NCBI GenBank assembly: GCA_040289575.1
Contig: PSLL01000001.1
Location: 1,173-29,048 of the forward strand
Length of the DNA stretch: 27,876 nt
Direction of reading: 5' to 3'
DNA from: Candidatus Dadabacteria bacterium
GTDB lineage: Bacteria > Desulfobacterota_D > UBA1144 > Nemesobacterales > CSP1-2
The translations under genes were made by a program, and so were the position numbers. Positions 16,770-26,066 of the stretch are shown here, piece by piece. Numbering within the stretch: position 1 is the first letter of the stretch; each line of letters starts with the position of its first letter. The notes beneath the pieces are model-generated. The model had not been told where the DNA came from. It saw nothing but the letters and a program-made list of their open reading frames with translations, and did not search any database.

Positions 16770-18278
16770 TCAACTGTGAAAGGGCAAGCTTCTAAGGCCC
16801 TTTGTCTTTTTTCCAATTAAATGCAGGTAGTATTTGAATTTCTCCATAAGACCTATTTTTCTAAAGAGATATATGTTTCCTTCTCTTTCGACCTTTACCC
16901 TTTCACTCAGATGGTGTTTTCCTAGAAACATTGCACGGGCAAGAAGACGTCTTCCGCCCTCAACTTGGACAAAGCCGAGAATGAGAGGTGAATGGAACCC
17001 TTCGGGTGGGACATGAAGGACTGTAAATGTCTCAAGGATTCCTTCTACACTCTCAATCCTTATATCATCCGTCGTCCGTGGAATGTGAATTGGAAGTGTG
17101 TAGAAACTGGTTCTTTGGGTTGGTCTTATGTTTTCTTTACTCTTCTCCAAGATTATAACGGAATTGTTATTCCCAAGCCCTCCTATAGAATGCGTTAGGG
17201 CTATATCTGTTTTTCCTACCTGGCGCTTGGCATCAACCTCTCCTCTCATCTGTCGCACGGATTCAACGACCTGAGCAAGTCCCGATGCACCGACTGGGTG
17301 ACCCCTTGATTTAAGTCCACCCGATGGGTTTATTGGAAACTGTCCATCAATTTGTGTAATGCCGTCCTCGACGGCCTCCCATCCATTCCCTTCTTCAAAG
17401 AATCCCAGGTCCTCGCTGTTTATAATCTCAAAGCTCGTGAATGCATCATGTACCTCGGCGAAACATATGTCCTTTGGTCCAATTCCTGCCATATCATAGG
17501 CCTCTTTTGCCGCAATCCGTGTGGCCATAAAGGAGGAGAGTGAGCTTCTATGGCTTACACTGAGTGTATCTGTTCCCTGACCTATTCCTAAAACACGAAT
17601 ATCTGTTTTTTCACTTGTAAGAACTAAAGCGGCTGCGCCGTCTGTAATCGGAGAGCAGTCATAGAGCCTTAGAGGCTCAGAGACAAATCTACTCTCCTTA
17701 TAATCTTCAAATGTGATTCTTTTCTGGAACTGCGCAAGAGGGTTCAGGGAGCCGTTAAAGTGGTTCTTTATAGCTACGGATGATAGGATTTTTTCCATTC
17801 TTCTTTGGGGGATTTTAAACCGTCCCATATAGACTTGGGTTATCATTGCAGCAAGCGCGGGCATTGTACCTCCCGTCTCTCTTTCCCTTTGCTCTATTAC
17901 CTCGGCAAGGATTCGTGTGGTTTTTGCGGTCGGAAGATGGGTCATCTTTTCTCCGGCAATGACAAGAACGTTTTTAAACCTGCCCGAAGCTACGGCTGCA
18001 TATGCAACTGAAAAAACCGCTGCGCCGGAGGAAGATGCGGTCTCTACACGGATTGAAGGAATCCCTAAAAGGCCAAGCGCATCGGCTGTAAGCACCCCAA
18101 TATTGCCCGTTCCAGTGAATTCTTCGGGGTTCATAGTACCGATAAATATTGCCTGAGGCTCCGGATACTTAGATACGCTAAGTGCTTCTCTTCCGGCTTT
18201 GACGAGAAGGGATTTTAAATTCAAATCCGATTTCTCGAATTTAGTCATCCCAATTCCATCTATATAGACGGAACCCAT
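16770..18278 (-). CDS. SCP2/archaeal-type thiolase-fold protein fused to a C-terminal DUF35-like OB fold
   Basis: GIGMTKF, GEKM, KNHFNG...NPLAQFQ, DCSPITDGAAA, EVHDAF, NPSGGLKSRGHPVGASG; C-terminal GILETFTVLHVPPEGF. AGGAG RBS before ATG 18278. Confidence 0.88.
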   Translation of the reverse strand: MGSVYIDGIGMTKFEKSDLNLKSLLVKAGREALSVSKYPEPQAIFIGTMNPEEFTGTGNIGVLTADALGLLGIPSIRVETASSSGAAVFSVAYAAVASGRFKNVLVIAGEKMTHLPTAKTTRILAEVIEQRERETGGTMPALAAMITQVYMGRFKIPQRRMEKILSSVAIKNHFNGSLNPLAQFQKRITFEDYKESRFVSEPLRLYDCSPITDGAAALVLTSEKTDIRVLGIGQGTDTLSVSHRSSLSSFMATRIAAKEAYDMAGIGPKDICFAEVHDAFTSFEIINSEDLGFFEEGNGWEAVEDGITQIDGQFPINPSGGLKSRGHPVGASGLAQVVESVRQMRGEVDAKRQVGKTDIALTHSIGGLGNNNSVIILEKSKENIRPTQRTSFYTLPIHIPRTTDDIRIESVEGILETFTVLHVPPEGFHSPLILGFVQVEGGRRLLARAMFLGKHHLSERVKVEREGNIYLFRKIGLMEKFKYYLHLIGKKTKGLRSLPFHS

Positions 18279-18444
18279 AATTAAAACTCCTGGTGGATTC
18301 GGATATACAGACTCTACATATAATTTTACCCTCATATTTCTTCGGCTAATAGTTTAATATTTAGATGTATAGCCGATAATTGCCGTTACAATTGTGAGAG
18401 TCGAACGGTGGCAATGACAGCCTATAGGCTGCATCGTTTTTCCC

Positions 18445-18472
18445 TTGACATCATTCGGCTCTAATATATCCT
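18445..18472 (+). promoter_or_regulatory. Possible sigma70 promoter for degP
   Basis: TTGACA (18445-18450), 16 nt, TATCCT (18467-18472). Confidence 0.4.
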
Positions 18473-18498
18473 TTTTTATAATTGGAGGTTCTCAAAAC

Positions 18499-19920
18499 AT
18501 GAGAAAATCGTTAGAAGCGGTTGTGCTAATTTTCGTTGTTGTGTCACTTGTTATTTCAACATTCCCGGCTTGGAAAACCCATGCGGCTGAGCTTCCATCA
18601 TTAGCCGACCTAGTTAAGAGATTGAAGCCGTCTGTGGTAAATATCAGCACTACGAGCGTTGTAAAAGGGGGTGGAAGCCTATTTGAATCGCCTTTTGGGG
18701 GTGGCAAGCAGGACCCCTTTGAAGAGTTTTTCAAAAAGTTCTTTGGGGATGTTCCTCAAAGGGAGTTCAGGCAGAGGGGGCTTGGCTCCGGTTTCATTCT
18801 AAGCGAGGATGGCTATATTGTAACGAATAATCATGTTGTAGAAAAGGCAAACGATATAGAAGTAGTCCTGGAAGACGGAGAAAGATACAAAGCCAGGGTT
18901 ATAGGAAAAGACCCGAAAACCGACGTGGCGCTCCTTAAGATCGGGCCTAAACATAGACTCCCGGCTGCTGTGCTTGGGGACTCGGATAAGCTTGAGATCG
19001 GGGATTGGGTCATTGCGGTAGGGAATCCATTTGGACTGGGTCATACTGTTACGGCTGGAATAGTTAGTGCAAAGGGTAGGTCTCTGGGGCTTGGCACATA
19101 CGATGATTTTATTCAAACTGATGCGGCTATAAATCCCGGAAATAGCGGAGGGCCTCTTTTTAATCTCCAGGGACAGGTTGTCGGCGTCAACACAGCAATT
19201 GTCGCGGGAGGGCAAGGGATAGGGTTTGCAATACCAATCAATCTGGCAAAGAGTGTAATAACCCAGCTAAAGAGCACAGGAAGGGTGGTACGCGGATGGC
19301 TAGGGGTTTTGGTACAACAGATAACACCGGATATAGCAGAGGGCTTAGGGCTCACTGAGCCTAGGGGTGCACTGGTTTCGGATGTAACTCCGGGTAGCCC
19401 TGCGGATAAGGCTGGCATAAAGAGGCAGGATATTATCACTGAATTTAACGGACAGAAGATCAACGATATGCAGGAGCTCCCGAGATTGGTTGCCGCAACC
19501 CCTCCGGGGACGGAGGTGACGTTAAAATTCCTAAGAAATGGAAAAGAGCAAACTGCGAGATTAAAACTCGGAGAACTTCCCGAGGAGATCGCCAAATCCG
19601 GCACAGGGGGACAGCAGGTTGAACAGGACCTCGGTCTTGTCGTTCAGGAAATCAACCCTCAAATGCAGAGGCGTCTTGGGATTCAGGACTCTCAAGGGGT
19701 CATTATAACGAGTGTGGAATCCGGGAGTATTGCCGAAGAGGCCGGGCTTCGTCCTGGAGATATAATCCTTGAGATAAACAAAAAGCAGGTCAAGAACCTA
19801 GATGATTACAGAAAGGGGATAGACTCTATTAAATCGGGTCAGACCGTGCTTTTGCTTGTAAAGAGGGATAAGAATACCCTCTACGTTGCCCTCAAGGTTG
19901 AAGGAAATGCCAAGGGTTGA
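18499..19920 (+). CDS. degP: DegP/DegQ (HtrA/Do) periplasmic serine protease with two PDZ domains
   Basis: Signal peptide, GSGFI, TNNHVV, DVALLK, INPGNSGGPL; GGAGG RBS before ATG 18499. Confidence 0.95.
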   Translation: MRKSLEAVVLIFVVVSLVISTFPAWKTHAAELPSLADLVKRLKPSVVNISTTSVVKGGGSLFESPFGGGKQDPFEEFFKKFFGDVPQREFRQRGLGSGFILSEDGYIVTNNHVVEKANDIEVVLEDGERYKARVIGKDPKTDVALLKIGPKHRLPAAVLGDSDKLEIGDWVIAVGNPFGLGHTVTAGIVSAKGRSLGLGTYDDFIQTDAAINPGNSGGPLFNLQGQVVGVNTAIVAGGQGIGFAIPINLAKSVITQLKSTGRVVRGWLGVLVQQITPDIAEGLGLTEPRGALVSDVTPGSPADKAGIKRQDIITEFNGQKINDMQELPRLVAATPPGTEVTLKFLRNGKEQTARLKLGELPEEIAKSGTGGQQVEQDLGLVVQEINPQMQRRLGIQDSQGVIITSVESGSIAEEAGLRPGDIILEINKKQVKNLDDYRKGIDSIKSGQTVLLLVKRDKNTLYVALKVEGNAKG

Positions 19921-20368
19921 AGAGAGACTAAGAGAGATCGGGGTTGAAATCCCCCTACCTCCGATAACACAGGGGGCTTATCAGCCAGCTGTTATTTCAG
20001 GGAATTTAATATTTGTCTCTGGTCAACTTCCCATAAAGGGAGGAGGGCTTTTATATAGGGGTAAGGTTGGATCTGAGGTATCGATTGAAGAGGGAATGGA
20101 GGCGGCAAGGCTTGCCGCAATAAATTCCATCTCTGTAATGAAGAGGGAGCTTGGCGACCTCGACAGAATTAAGAGAATTGTAAAGCTGACTGGATATGTC
20201 AGCGGCGCCCCTGGGTTTGATATGCAGGCAAAGGTCGTAAACAGTGCATCCCAATTCTTCTACGATGTTTTTGGAGATATGGGCAGACATGCCCGCGCTA
20301 CAGTAGGCGTTTATGAGCTTCCCCTTGGTGCTCCTGTAGAGATAGAGGTCATAGCGGAGATTTATTAG
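19907..20368 (+). CDS. RidA/YjgF-family protein (Rid1-like)
   Basis: FVSGQLP, KLTGYV, GRHARATVGV..LPLGAPVEIE; ATG 19907 overlaps the degP 3' end. Confidence 0.92.
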   Translation: MPRVEERLREIGVEIPLPPITQGAYQPAVISGNLIFVSGQLPIKGGGLLYRGKVGSEVSIEEGMEAARLAAINSISVMKRELGDLDRIKRIVKLTGYVSGAPGFDMQAKVVNSASQFFYDVFGDMGRHARATVGVYELPLGAPVEIEVIAEIY

Positions 20369-20434
20369 AAATATCTAATTGTCCTTGCTGGTGGGGTTTA
20401 TCATTTCCACACATTTCAAATCAATTCTAAACTT

Positions 20435-21232
20435 ATGCCCAAGATCAAAGGGATTTTCATTTATTCTGACTATCCGTCAAAGGCGTTGTCAATTGAGAAA
20501 ATAATTGATTATCTAAGGGGTTGCGGGCTCTTTGCCCAATATCGAGGGAATATCTTTGAATTCTTAGGCCCAAATTTGGAGGAAGCAATAGAGTTGAGCG
20601 GTAGAATCGCAGGGGCAAGGATTCTGGACATATCCGCGCCGATTGATGAAATCCGTGAGCCGATTCATGGGGAAATTGACGTTGAGCTAAAGAGGCTCAG
20701 AGGCAACGAAAGCCTTCTCGGAGTGCTCTACGACGGGCTTTGGCTTCAGAGGATTTTTTATAAAATCATGTCTGAGAGAATCCCTGAGTTTAAAAGCGGA
20801 TATATTCATATAATCTTTACAAGCAGGCTTTTTGGAACCTATGAGACAGGAAGGTATCATGCGAGGGTCATACTTACAGGACTTCCGTCTTTAATCTCTA
20901 CCTCAGGAATAGTTGAGGCTCCTGCAAAGCCGAAGGACTACTACTGGCTAAAAGCCGGATTTATAAGGGCAGGAAAAGACATTCAAGAGCTTGATCTACT
21001 CTATAGAGGGAGATTTATTGAATATGACGATTCAAGGATTACCAAGGCCTTAAGTCCTTATGTACTTCAATCTGTTTTTTATGAGATTACCGGGAATCCC
21101 TTTTGTGATAATCCTGACTGCTGTCTTTATAACTCACACTGGCAGGAGGAGGTCTTAAAGGCTCAGATTGGGGGAGAACTATGCGGGGAGCATAGAGATA
21201 TTATAAAAAGGCTTGAGCTATCTGAGGAATAA
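20435..21232 (+). CDS. Archaemetzincin-like / DUF6775-type putative metalloprotein
   Basis: YDG, HIIFTSRLFGT...RYHARV, ISTSGIVEAPAKP, FCDNPDCCLYNSHWQ...LCGEH. Confidence 0.65.
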   Translation: MPKIKGIFIYSDYPSKALSIEKIIDYLRGCGLFAQYRGNIFEFLGPNLEEAIELSGRIAGARILDISAPIDEIREPIHGEIDVELKRLRGNESLLGVLYDGLWLQRIFYKIMSERIPEFKSGYIHIIFTSRLFGTYETGRYHARVILTGLPSLISTSGIVEAPAKPKDYYWLKAGFIRAGKDIQELDLLYRGRFIEYDDSRITKALSPYVLQSVFYEITGNPFCDNPDCCLYNSHWQEEVLKAQIGGELCGEHRDIIKRLELSEE

Positions 21233-21252
21233 CACCTGATTAAAGATTTAGA

Positions 21253-22861
21253 CTAATAATAGGCTAAGAGAAAGGCCATTCTAAGCTGTTGCGCCAACAG
21301 TTCTTTTCCCCTTTCGTCATTGAGGGCTAAAACAAATTCTGAACCGAATATTCGCCCTTTTTTCCCCTTAGTAGCTGTCAGTAATGAGTAAGGCCGCAAA
21401 TGGATTTTACGCTTTGCCAATAGCCTCTCTTTCCGGCCGGTTCTCGGTTTATTACTTATTCTTTGTATTTTCTGCTTTGAAGAAATCAGATTTTCCTCAA
21501 AAAATGTGTCATCTTTGCTTTTGGCACCAAGAGGTGGGGTCTCAATTAAAGCTAATCCAATTTGATTAGAGCCATTATCGGGTGTTGATATACCATGAAT
21601 CGGGAAGGTGTTTTTATACCCTTTCCCATAATAAAAGGCAAAGAGAATGATTATAGGTAAAACTACACCTAAGATCAGTAGCGCAAAGGAGTTGTTTTTG
21701 TATAAATGCAATGAGAGGGTCTTCCAAGGCTCAACTGACTTAGTTTGAAGATATGGTTCAAGCCTTATTTCCCCCCTTTGTATTATCTCATATCCGCTCC
21801 CCGTATAGATTACTAAACAGTTCTTACTGTATTGTCTTTTACCTTCGTAAAGAGCCATATCCGCCTGGTGAAGCAACTCCTTTGGTTCTCTTATGTTTAC
21901 GGGTGAATAGGTTGATATGCCAAATGTAGCTGTCACCTGTATTCCTTTCTCATCATGGGGGAAAATAAGGTTTAAAATATTGCGGTGTATACGCTCTGCA
22001 ATTATCGCCGCATCCTCCAGGGTTGTATGTGTAAATAGTATAGTAAATTCCTCTCCGCCGTATCTTGCGGCTATATCCACGTGCCTGACTGCCCCTGATA
22101 TAAGCCTTCCTATTTGTCTTAACACCTGGTCTCCGAAAATGTGTCCGTATGTGTCATTAATGAGTTTGAAGTTATCTATATCAAAGATACAAAGTGATAG
22201 AGGGATACCATAGCGCTTAGCCCTCTCATACTCTTCACTTAGACGATTCATGAAGTAACGCCTGTTAAAAAGCCCTGTAAGCTCATCCCTGATCAATGCG
22301 GCTTTCAACTCTTCTTGAGCAAAGACCCTTTCTAGAGTTGTTCCCACCGTTTCAGAGAAGAGGTCTAGAATTTCTTTATCCCGAGGGGTTATTCTTCCGC
22401 CGCTTGTCATTCTGTCTACTTCAAAAACGACCCGGACAAGCCCCTTTACCTTAACTGGAATTACAGCAAAGGAGTGTGTGTGCTTCCTTCTGTATTCTGT
22501 CATACTGAGATAGCGATCTCAGTTCAGGCGAAATCTCCTCTTCATCAAATATGAACATCCCTTCCCCTCTAAGAGTGGCTTTTCCCATAGCCCCTATTTC
22601 CTCAGATAAAGGGAGTTTAAGTGTGGGCACTTCTGTGAATCCAACATAACACACGAGAGAAAGCGTATTTTCCTCCCAATTTACCTTTCTAACTGTTGCG
22701 CGATTAAAACTGAGATGGTTAACTAGGGTTTCTGCAAGGTATCTGTAAACCTCTGGCTCAGTCGTAGCTTTTGCCACTTCATTAATGGCTAATTTTACTC
22801 TGGTCAGATAATCTGAAAACACATCTTTAATTATACTCCCATTTATAAATTGGGGAAACAC
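21253..22861 (-). pseudogene. GAF-GGDEF diguanylate cyclase split by a frameshift, with a C-terminal TM helix
   Basis: ORF 22861-22451 is the first part of a GAF domain. ORF 22503-21253 carries the rest plus DELTGLFNRR, DIDNFK, RHVD (I-site) and RYGGEEF. The frames meet at or near a (CA)n run at 22474-22482. Confidence 0.8.
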
Positions 22862-22929
22862 ATTGGCGTCACTTAAATATTTTGTATGAATGGTATTAGA
22901 GGGAGACTATCTATAAAATTCGTTTAATA

Positions 22930-22957
22930 AGGGGCAGGAGGAAATCCCCGCCCCTAT
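22930..22957 (-). terminator. GC-rich hairpin after thi4 (terminator or REP-like)
   Basis: Minus strand reads AGGGGCGGGGA-TTTC-CTCCTGCCCCT followed by TATT. Confidence 0.55.
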
Positions 22958-22971
22958 AATTATAAGCAGGT

Positions 22972-23781
22972 TTAAGCCCTGGCCTGTTCTTGGAGCCTAT
23001 TTATGGCAACCTCGGCGGCCTTCTTTCCTGAAAGAAGCATTCCGCCGAATGTGGGCCCCATTCTTGGGAGTCCGTATGTGCTGTTTACCGCCATTCCGCA
23101 TGCAATCAAACCCGGAGCGACTTCGCCCGTATATTCAACGAGCGCATCCTCAGACCTTTCCACCCACATGGAGCCGTGCCCGGGAAGCTTCTTAAAGAGT
23201 CCCTGCTTTGCTAATCTTGAAACCAGATAGGCGTCGTGTCCTGTCGCGTCTATTACCAGCTTTGCCTCAAGAGCAATCGGGTCAAGGCATGTGATTTCCT
23301 TAGGCATGTTTGATATAGGAGACCAGTTTACAACCACCCCCGCCACACGACCGTTTTCTCTGTATACAAGGTCATCGAACATTGTCATGTTTGCAACCTT
23401 TACCCCTGCCTCGCACATTGCGGCGATGAGTTTTGAACAGGCATAGGGGCCATCTGCGACATAGAGCCCATCTGAAATCTCTTTATAAGGTACCTCTATT
23501 TCATCAAGTACCTTTTGTCCTGGATCCCTTACCGTGATTTTATTCATGAGATATCCGCCTATCCAGAATCCGCCGCCCAGGTAATTCATTCTTTCTACCA
23601 GGAGAACCTTATATTTCTTTTTTGCAATGTCTTTAGCTGCCACAAGGCCGCTGGGGCCCCCGCCTACAACTATCACATCACTTGCCACATAATCGGAAAA
23701 TTCCCTTGAAAACTCATCCACTATAGCTCTTGTAATCTCCTTCTCACTTACAGGTGCAAAAAGCCCTTGCCTTTCAGCCAT
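22972..23781 (-). CDS. thi4: Thi4 thiazole synthase, Cys-containing type
   Basis: [43 protein letters not shown]. Confidence 0.95.
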   Translation of the reverse strand: MAERQGLFAPVSEKEITRAIVDEFSREFSDYVASDVIVVGGGPSGLVAAKDIAKKKYKVLLVERMNYLGGGFWIGGYLMNKITVRDPGQKVLDEIEVPYKEISDGLYVADGPYACSKLIAAMCEAGVKVANMTMFDDLVYRENGRVAGVVVNWSPISNMPKEITCLDPIALEAKLVIDATGHDAYLVSRLAKQGLFKKLPGHGSMWVERSEDALVEYTGEVAPGLIACGMAVNSTYGLPRMGPTFGGMLLSGKKAAEVAINRLQEQARA

Positions 23782-23827
23782 GATAGATATACCTCCCCTT
23801 AAATAGAATCTCAGTTGCCAAAATTTA

Positions 23828-23895
23828 AGCCTATCACAACTACGGGAGTCGTCAAGTTATTGAAATGTTGACAAAACTGTAGTCGGCTATAGATT
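23828..23895. promoter_or_regulatory. Back-to-back sigma70 promoters for thi4 and the DUF4412-like gene
   Basis: Minus: TTGACG (23855-23850), 16 nt, TAGGCT (23833-23828) with a TGn extension. Plus: TTGACA (23868-23873), 16 nt, TAGATT (23890-23895). Confidence 0.55.
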
Positions 23896-23958
23896 TATAG
23901 TTCAAAAGGAATACTGGCGCGGTGGAGCCAATTAAATACACCAGGAGGTAAATTAAGA

Positions 23959-24804
23959 ATGGGTAACTCTATCATTAGGGTGTGTTTTTATTTAGTTGTA
24001 TCAGTGTTTGTTGCAGGTGGCTTGGCAATAGGGGCTTTTGGAGGGATTATAATAGAGCAGGTCGGTTATGAAAAGGGCAGTTCTCAGAAGAATAAGGAGA
24101 CGCTCTATGTCTCTAAGAATAAAGTCAAGTCTTTCTCGGAAGACAGACATGAGATGACAATATTCGATTTAAATACCGGTGAGATGATCCTTACGAACAA
24201 CGAAAAGAAAACATATGTTATCGCAAAGCCGGAGGAGCTTTTTCAGTCTGCTCAGGATGCAATGGCTAAGGCAAAAGCCCAGATGGAGGAACAGATGTCC
24301 AAGCTCCCACCTGAGCAGAGAGCCAAGATAGAAGAGATGATGAAATCTCACGGAATGAAACAGTCGGGGGGTTCAAAACCTGAGAACCTGACGTTGAAAG
24401 CCACTGGAACAACCGAAGACATTGCGGGATATAAGTCTCAGAAATTTGAGATTTATAAAAACGGCAAGCTTGACCGGGAGATATGGACAAGCAAGGATGT
24501 TATTTCCAGTAGCGAACTCGATCCAAAGAAGATGGCGGACTACATGAAAGAGATGCAACAGATGGCCGCTAAACTTAACCCGGGGAAGGAGAATACAAAC
24601 CCCGATTTAAGTGAAGAGACAAGGGTTTTCAACCAGATTTTCGAGACCGGATTTCCCATGAAGTCCGTGGATCATTTCTCTGATAGTAATGCCTATATCG
24701 AAGAGGTAGTGAGTGTAACCAAAGCTGATATATCGGATAAAGAGTTTCAGCCTCCGGCAGGGTTTAAAAAGGTTATGCTTCAGCAGATGATGTCAGGGGA
24801 ATAG
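23959..24804 (+). CDS. Secreted DUF4412-like protein
   Basis: Signal peptide, helical insert QMSKLPPEQRAKIEEMM, TGTTEDIAGYKSQKF, EIWT, FQPPAGFKK; AGGAGG RBS. Confidence 0.75.
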   Translation: MGNSIIRVCFYLVVSVFVAGGLAIGAFGGIIIEQVGYEKGSSQKNKETLYVSKNKVKSFSEDRHEMTIFDLNTGEMILTNNEKKTYVIAKPEELFQSAQDAMAKAKAQMEEQMSKLPPEQRAKIEEMMKSHGMKQSGGSKPENLTLKATGTTEDIAGYKSQKFEIYKNGKLDREIWTSKDVISSSELDPKKMADYMKEMQQMAAKLNPGKENTNPDLSEETRVFNQIFETGFPMKSVDHFSDSNAYIEEVVSVTKADISDKEFQPPAGFKKVMLQQMMSGE

Positions 24805-24812
24805 AGAAAGTC

Positions 24813-24837
24813 AGGGCGGGTTTCAAACCTGCCCCTA
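24813..24837. repeat. REP-like palindrome between convergent genes (may also act as a terminator)
   Basis: AGGGCGGGTTTCAAACCTGCCCCTA. Confidence 0.6.
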
Positions 24838-24840
24838 GTG

Positions 24841-25290
24841 TTATTCCTCTTCCCTTACCACTTCAACCTTAATGTTTACTGTTACATTATGGTGAAGCCT
24901 TACCGGAATCTCGTGGACTCCCAGGGCCTTAATCGGTGCGTCAAGCTCAATGTCCTTTTTGGAGATATCGAACCCCAATCTGGAGAGAGCATCGGATATG
25001 TTTTGGGATGTTACCGAACCGAAGAGTTTATCCTCTTCCCCGACCTTTACAGGAATGACACAGGAAACCCTCTCAAGGATACTCGCCAAACCCTCGGCCT
25101 CGGCCCTTGCCTTATCCTCTTTTTTCTTTAGAGCCTGCCTTCTCTGCTCCCATTCTTTTAGATTCGCAGGCGTTGCCTCAACCGCAAGCCTTCTTGGAAA
25201 TAGATAATTCCTTGCAAAACCTTCTTTTACCTCTTTTGTTTCTCCCCTTTTTCCAACAGATTCTACATCAGATATGAGAATCACCTTCAT
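24841..25290 (-). CDS. rplI: 50S ribosomal protein L9
   Basis: [41 protein letters not shown] before ATG 25290. Confidence 0.97.
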   Translation of the reverse strand: MKVILISDVESVGKRGETKEVKEGFARNYLFPRRLAVEATPANLKEWEQRRQALKKKEDKARAEAEGLASILERVSCVIPVKVGEEDKLFGSVTSQNISDALSRLGFDISKKDIELDAPIKALGVHEIPVRLHHNVTVNIKVEVVREEE

Positions 25291-25392
25291 TTCTGATACC
25301 TCCTGTAAAGGACAAAAAGAATATGACACAATGCACTAAGAAAAGAGTTTAAATTTGCCTCTTAGTGTTTTGTTGGCTAAATCATCACCGAG

Positions 25393-25635
25393 TTAGTGAA
25401 GCACTGTAAATGGAAGAAGAGCCATAACACGCGCCCGCTTTATCGCCGAGCTAAGCTCCCTCTGGTGGTATGCACAAAGCCCGGAGCTTCTTCTGGGCAC
25501 TATTTTCTTTCTCTCATTTATGAACTGCGAGAGAATGTCAACCTTTTTATAATCAATTTCTGTCGCCTCGGCACAGAATCTGCAGACCTTTTTTCTTATA
25601 AAGAATTTTTTTTCCTTTGTATTTTCCCTTTCCAT
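25393..25635 (-). CDS. rpsR: 30S ribosomal protein S18 (Zn-ribbon form)
   Basis: [40 protein letters not shown]. Confidence 0.97.
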   Translation of the reverse strand: MERENTKEKKFFIRKKVCRFCAEATEIDYKKVDILSQFINERKKIVPRRSSGLCAYHQRELSSAIKRARVMALLPFTVLH

Positions 25636-25994
25636 TACTGCACACCTCCCTCTTGAGCGTCCGTTCCCGATGTTGCTCTCTCTCTTAGAGCTGACTCTTC
25701 TTTTATTCTTACAGTCATAAATCTCAGCACATCACCGCTGAAGAATCTCAGATTCCTCTCTATCTCGGATACGGCGCTTCTGAGGGATTTATAGACCAGT
25801 ATGTGGTAGGTTCCTTTATTGTACTTTCCAATCCTGTATGCGAGATTTCTGTCAGCCCACTTCTGGGACTTAAAAATCTCACCTTCATGGTTTGATATTG
25901 TCTCTTTGAGTCTCCCCTGCACCTTATTTAGTTCATCATCAGTCAGATCGGGGCGCGTGAGATAGAGAGTCTCATAATAGCCTATATCGGTCAT
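25635..25994 (-). CDS. rpsF: 30S ribosomal protein S6
   Basis: [26 protein letters not shown]; located immediately upstream of rpsR. Confidence 0.95.
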   Translation of the reverse strand: MTDIGYYETLYLTRPDLTDDELNKVQGRLKETISNHEGEIFKSQKWADRNLAYRIGKYNKGTYHILVYKSLRSAVSEIERNLRFFSGDVLRFMTVRIKEESALRERATSGTDAQEGGVQ

Positions 25995-26066
25995 TAAATA
26001 TACCTCCCATTTTGGACTTACCGACCCCGGACTCAGACACTGTGGACTAATCCCGGAGTAACGGGT
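25995..26066 (-). ncRNA. Probable S6:S18 autoregulatory leader RNA
   Basis: Minus strand reads CCCGTTACTCCGGGATTAG-loop-CTGAGTCCGGGGTCGG...GTCCAAAATGGGAGGT: a stem-loop preceded by CCC and followed by the rpsF SD. Confidence 0.6.

Noticed and set aside
23782..23958. TPP riboswitch upstream of thi4
   Set aside because: No CTGAGA/aptamer core is visible, and the spacer is occupied by two promoters.
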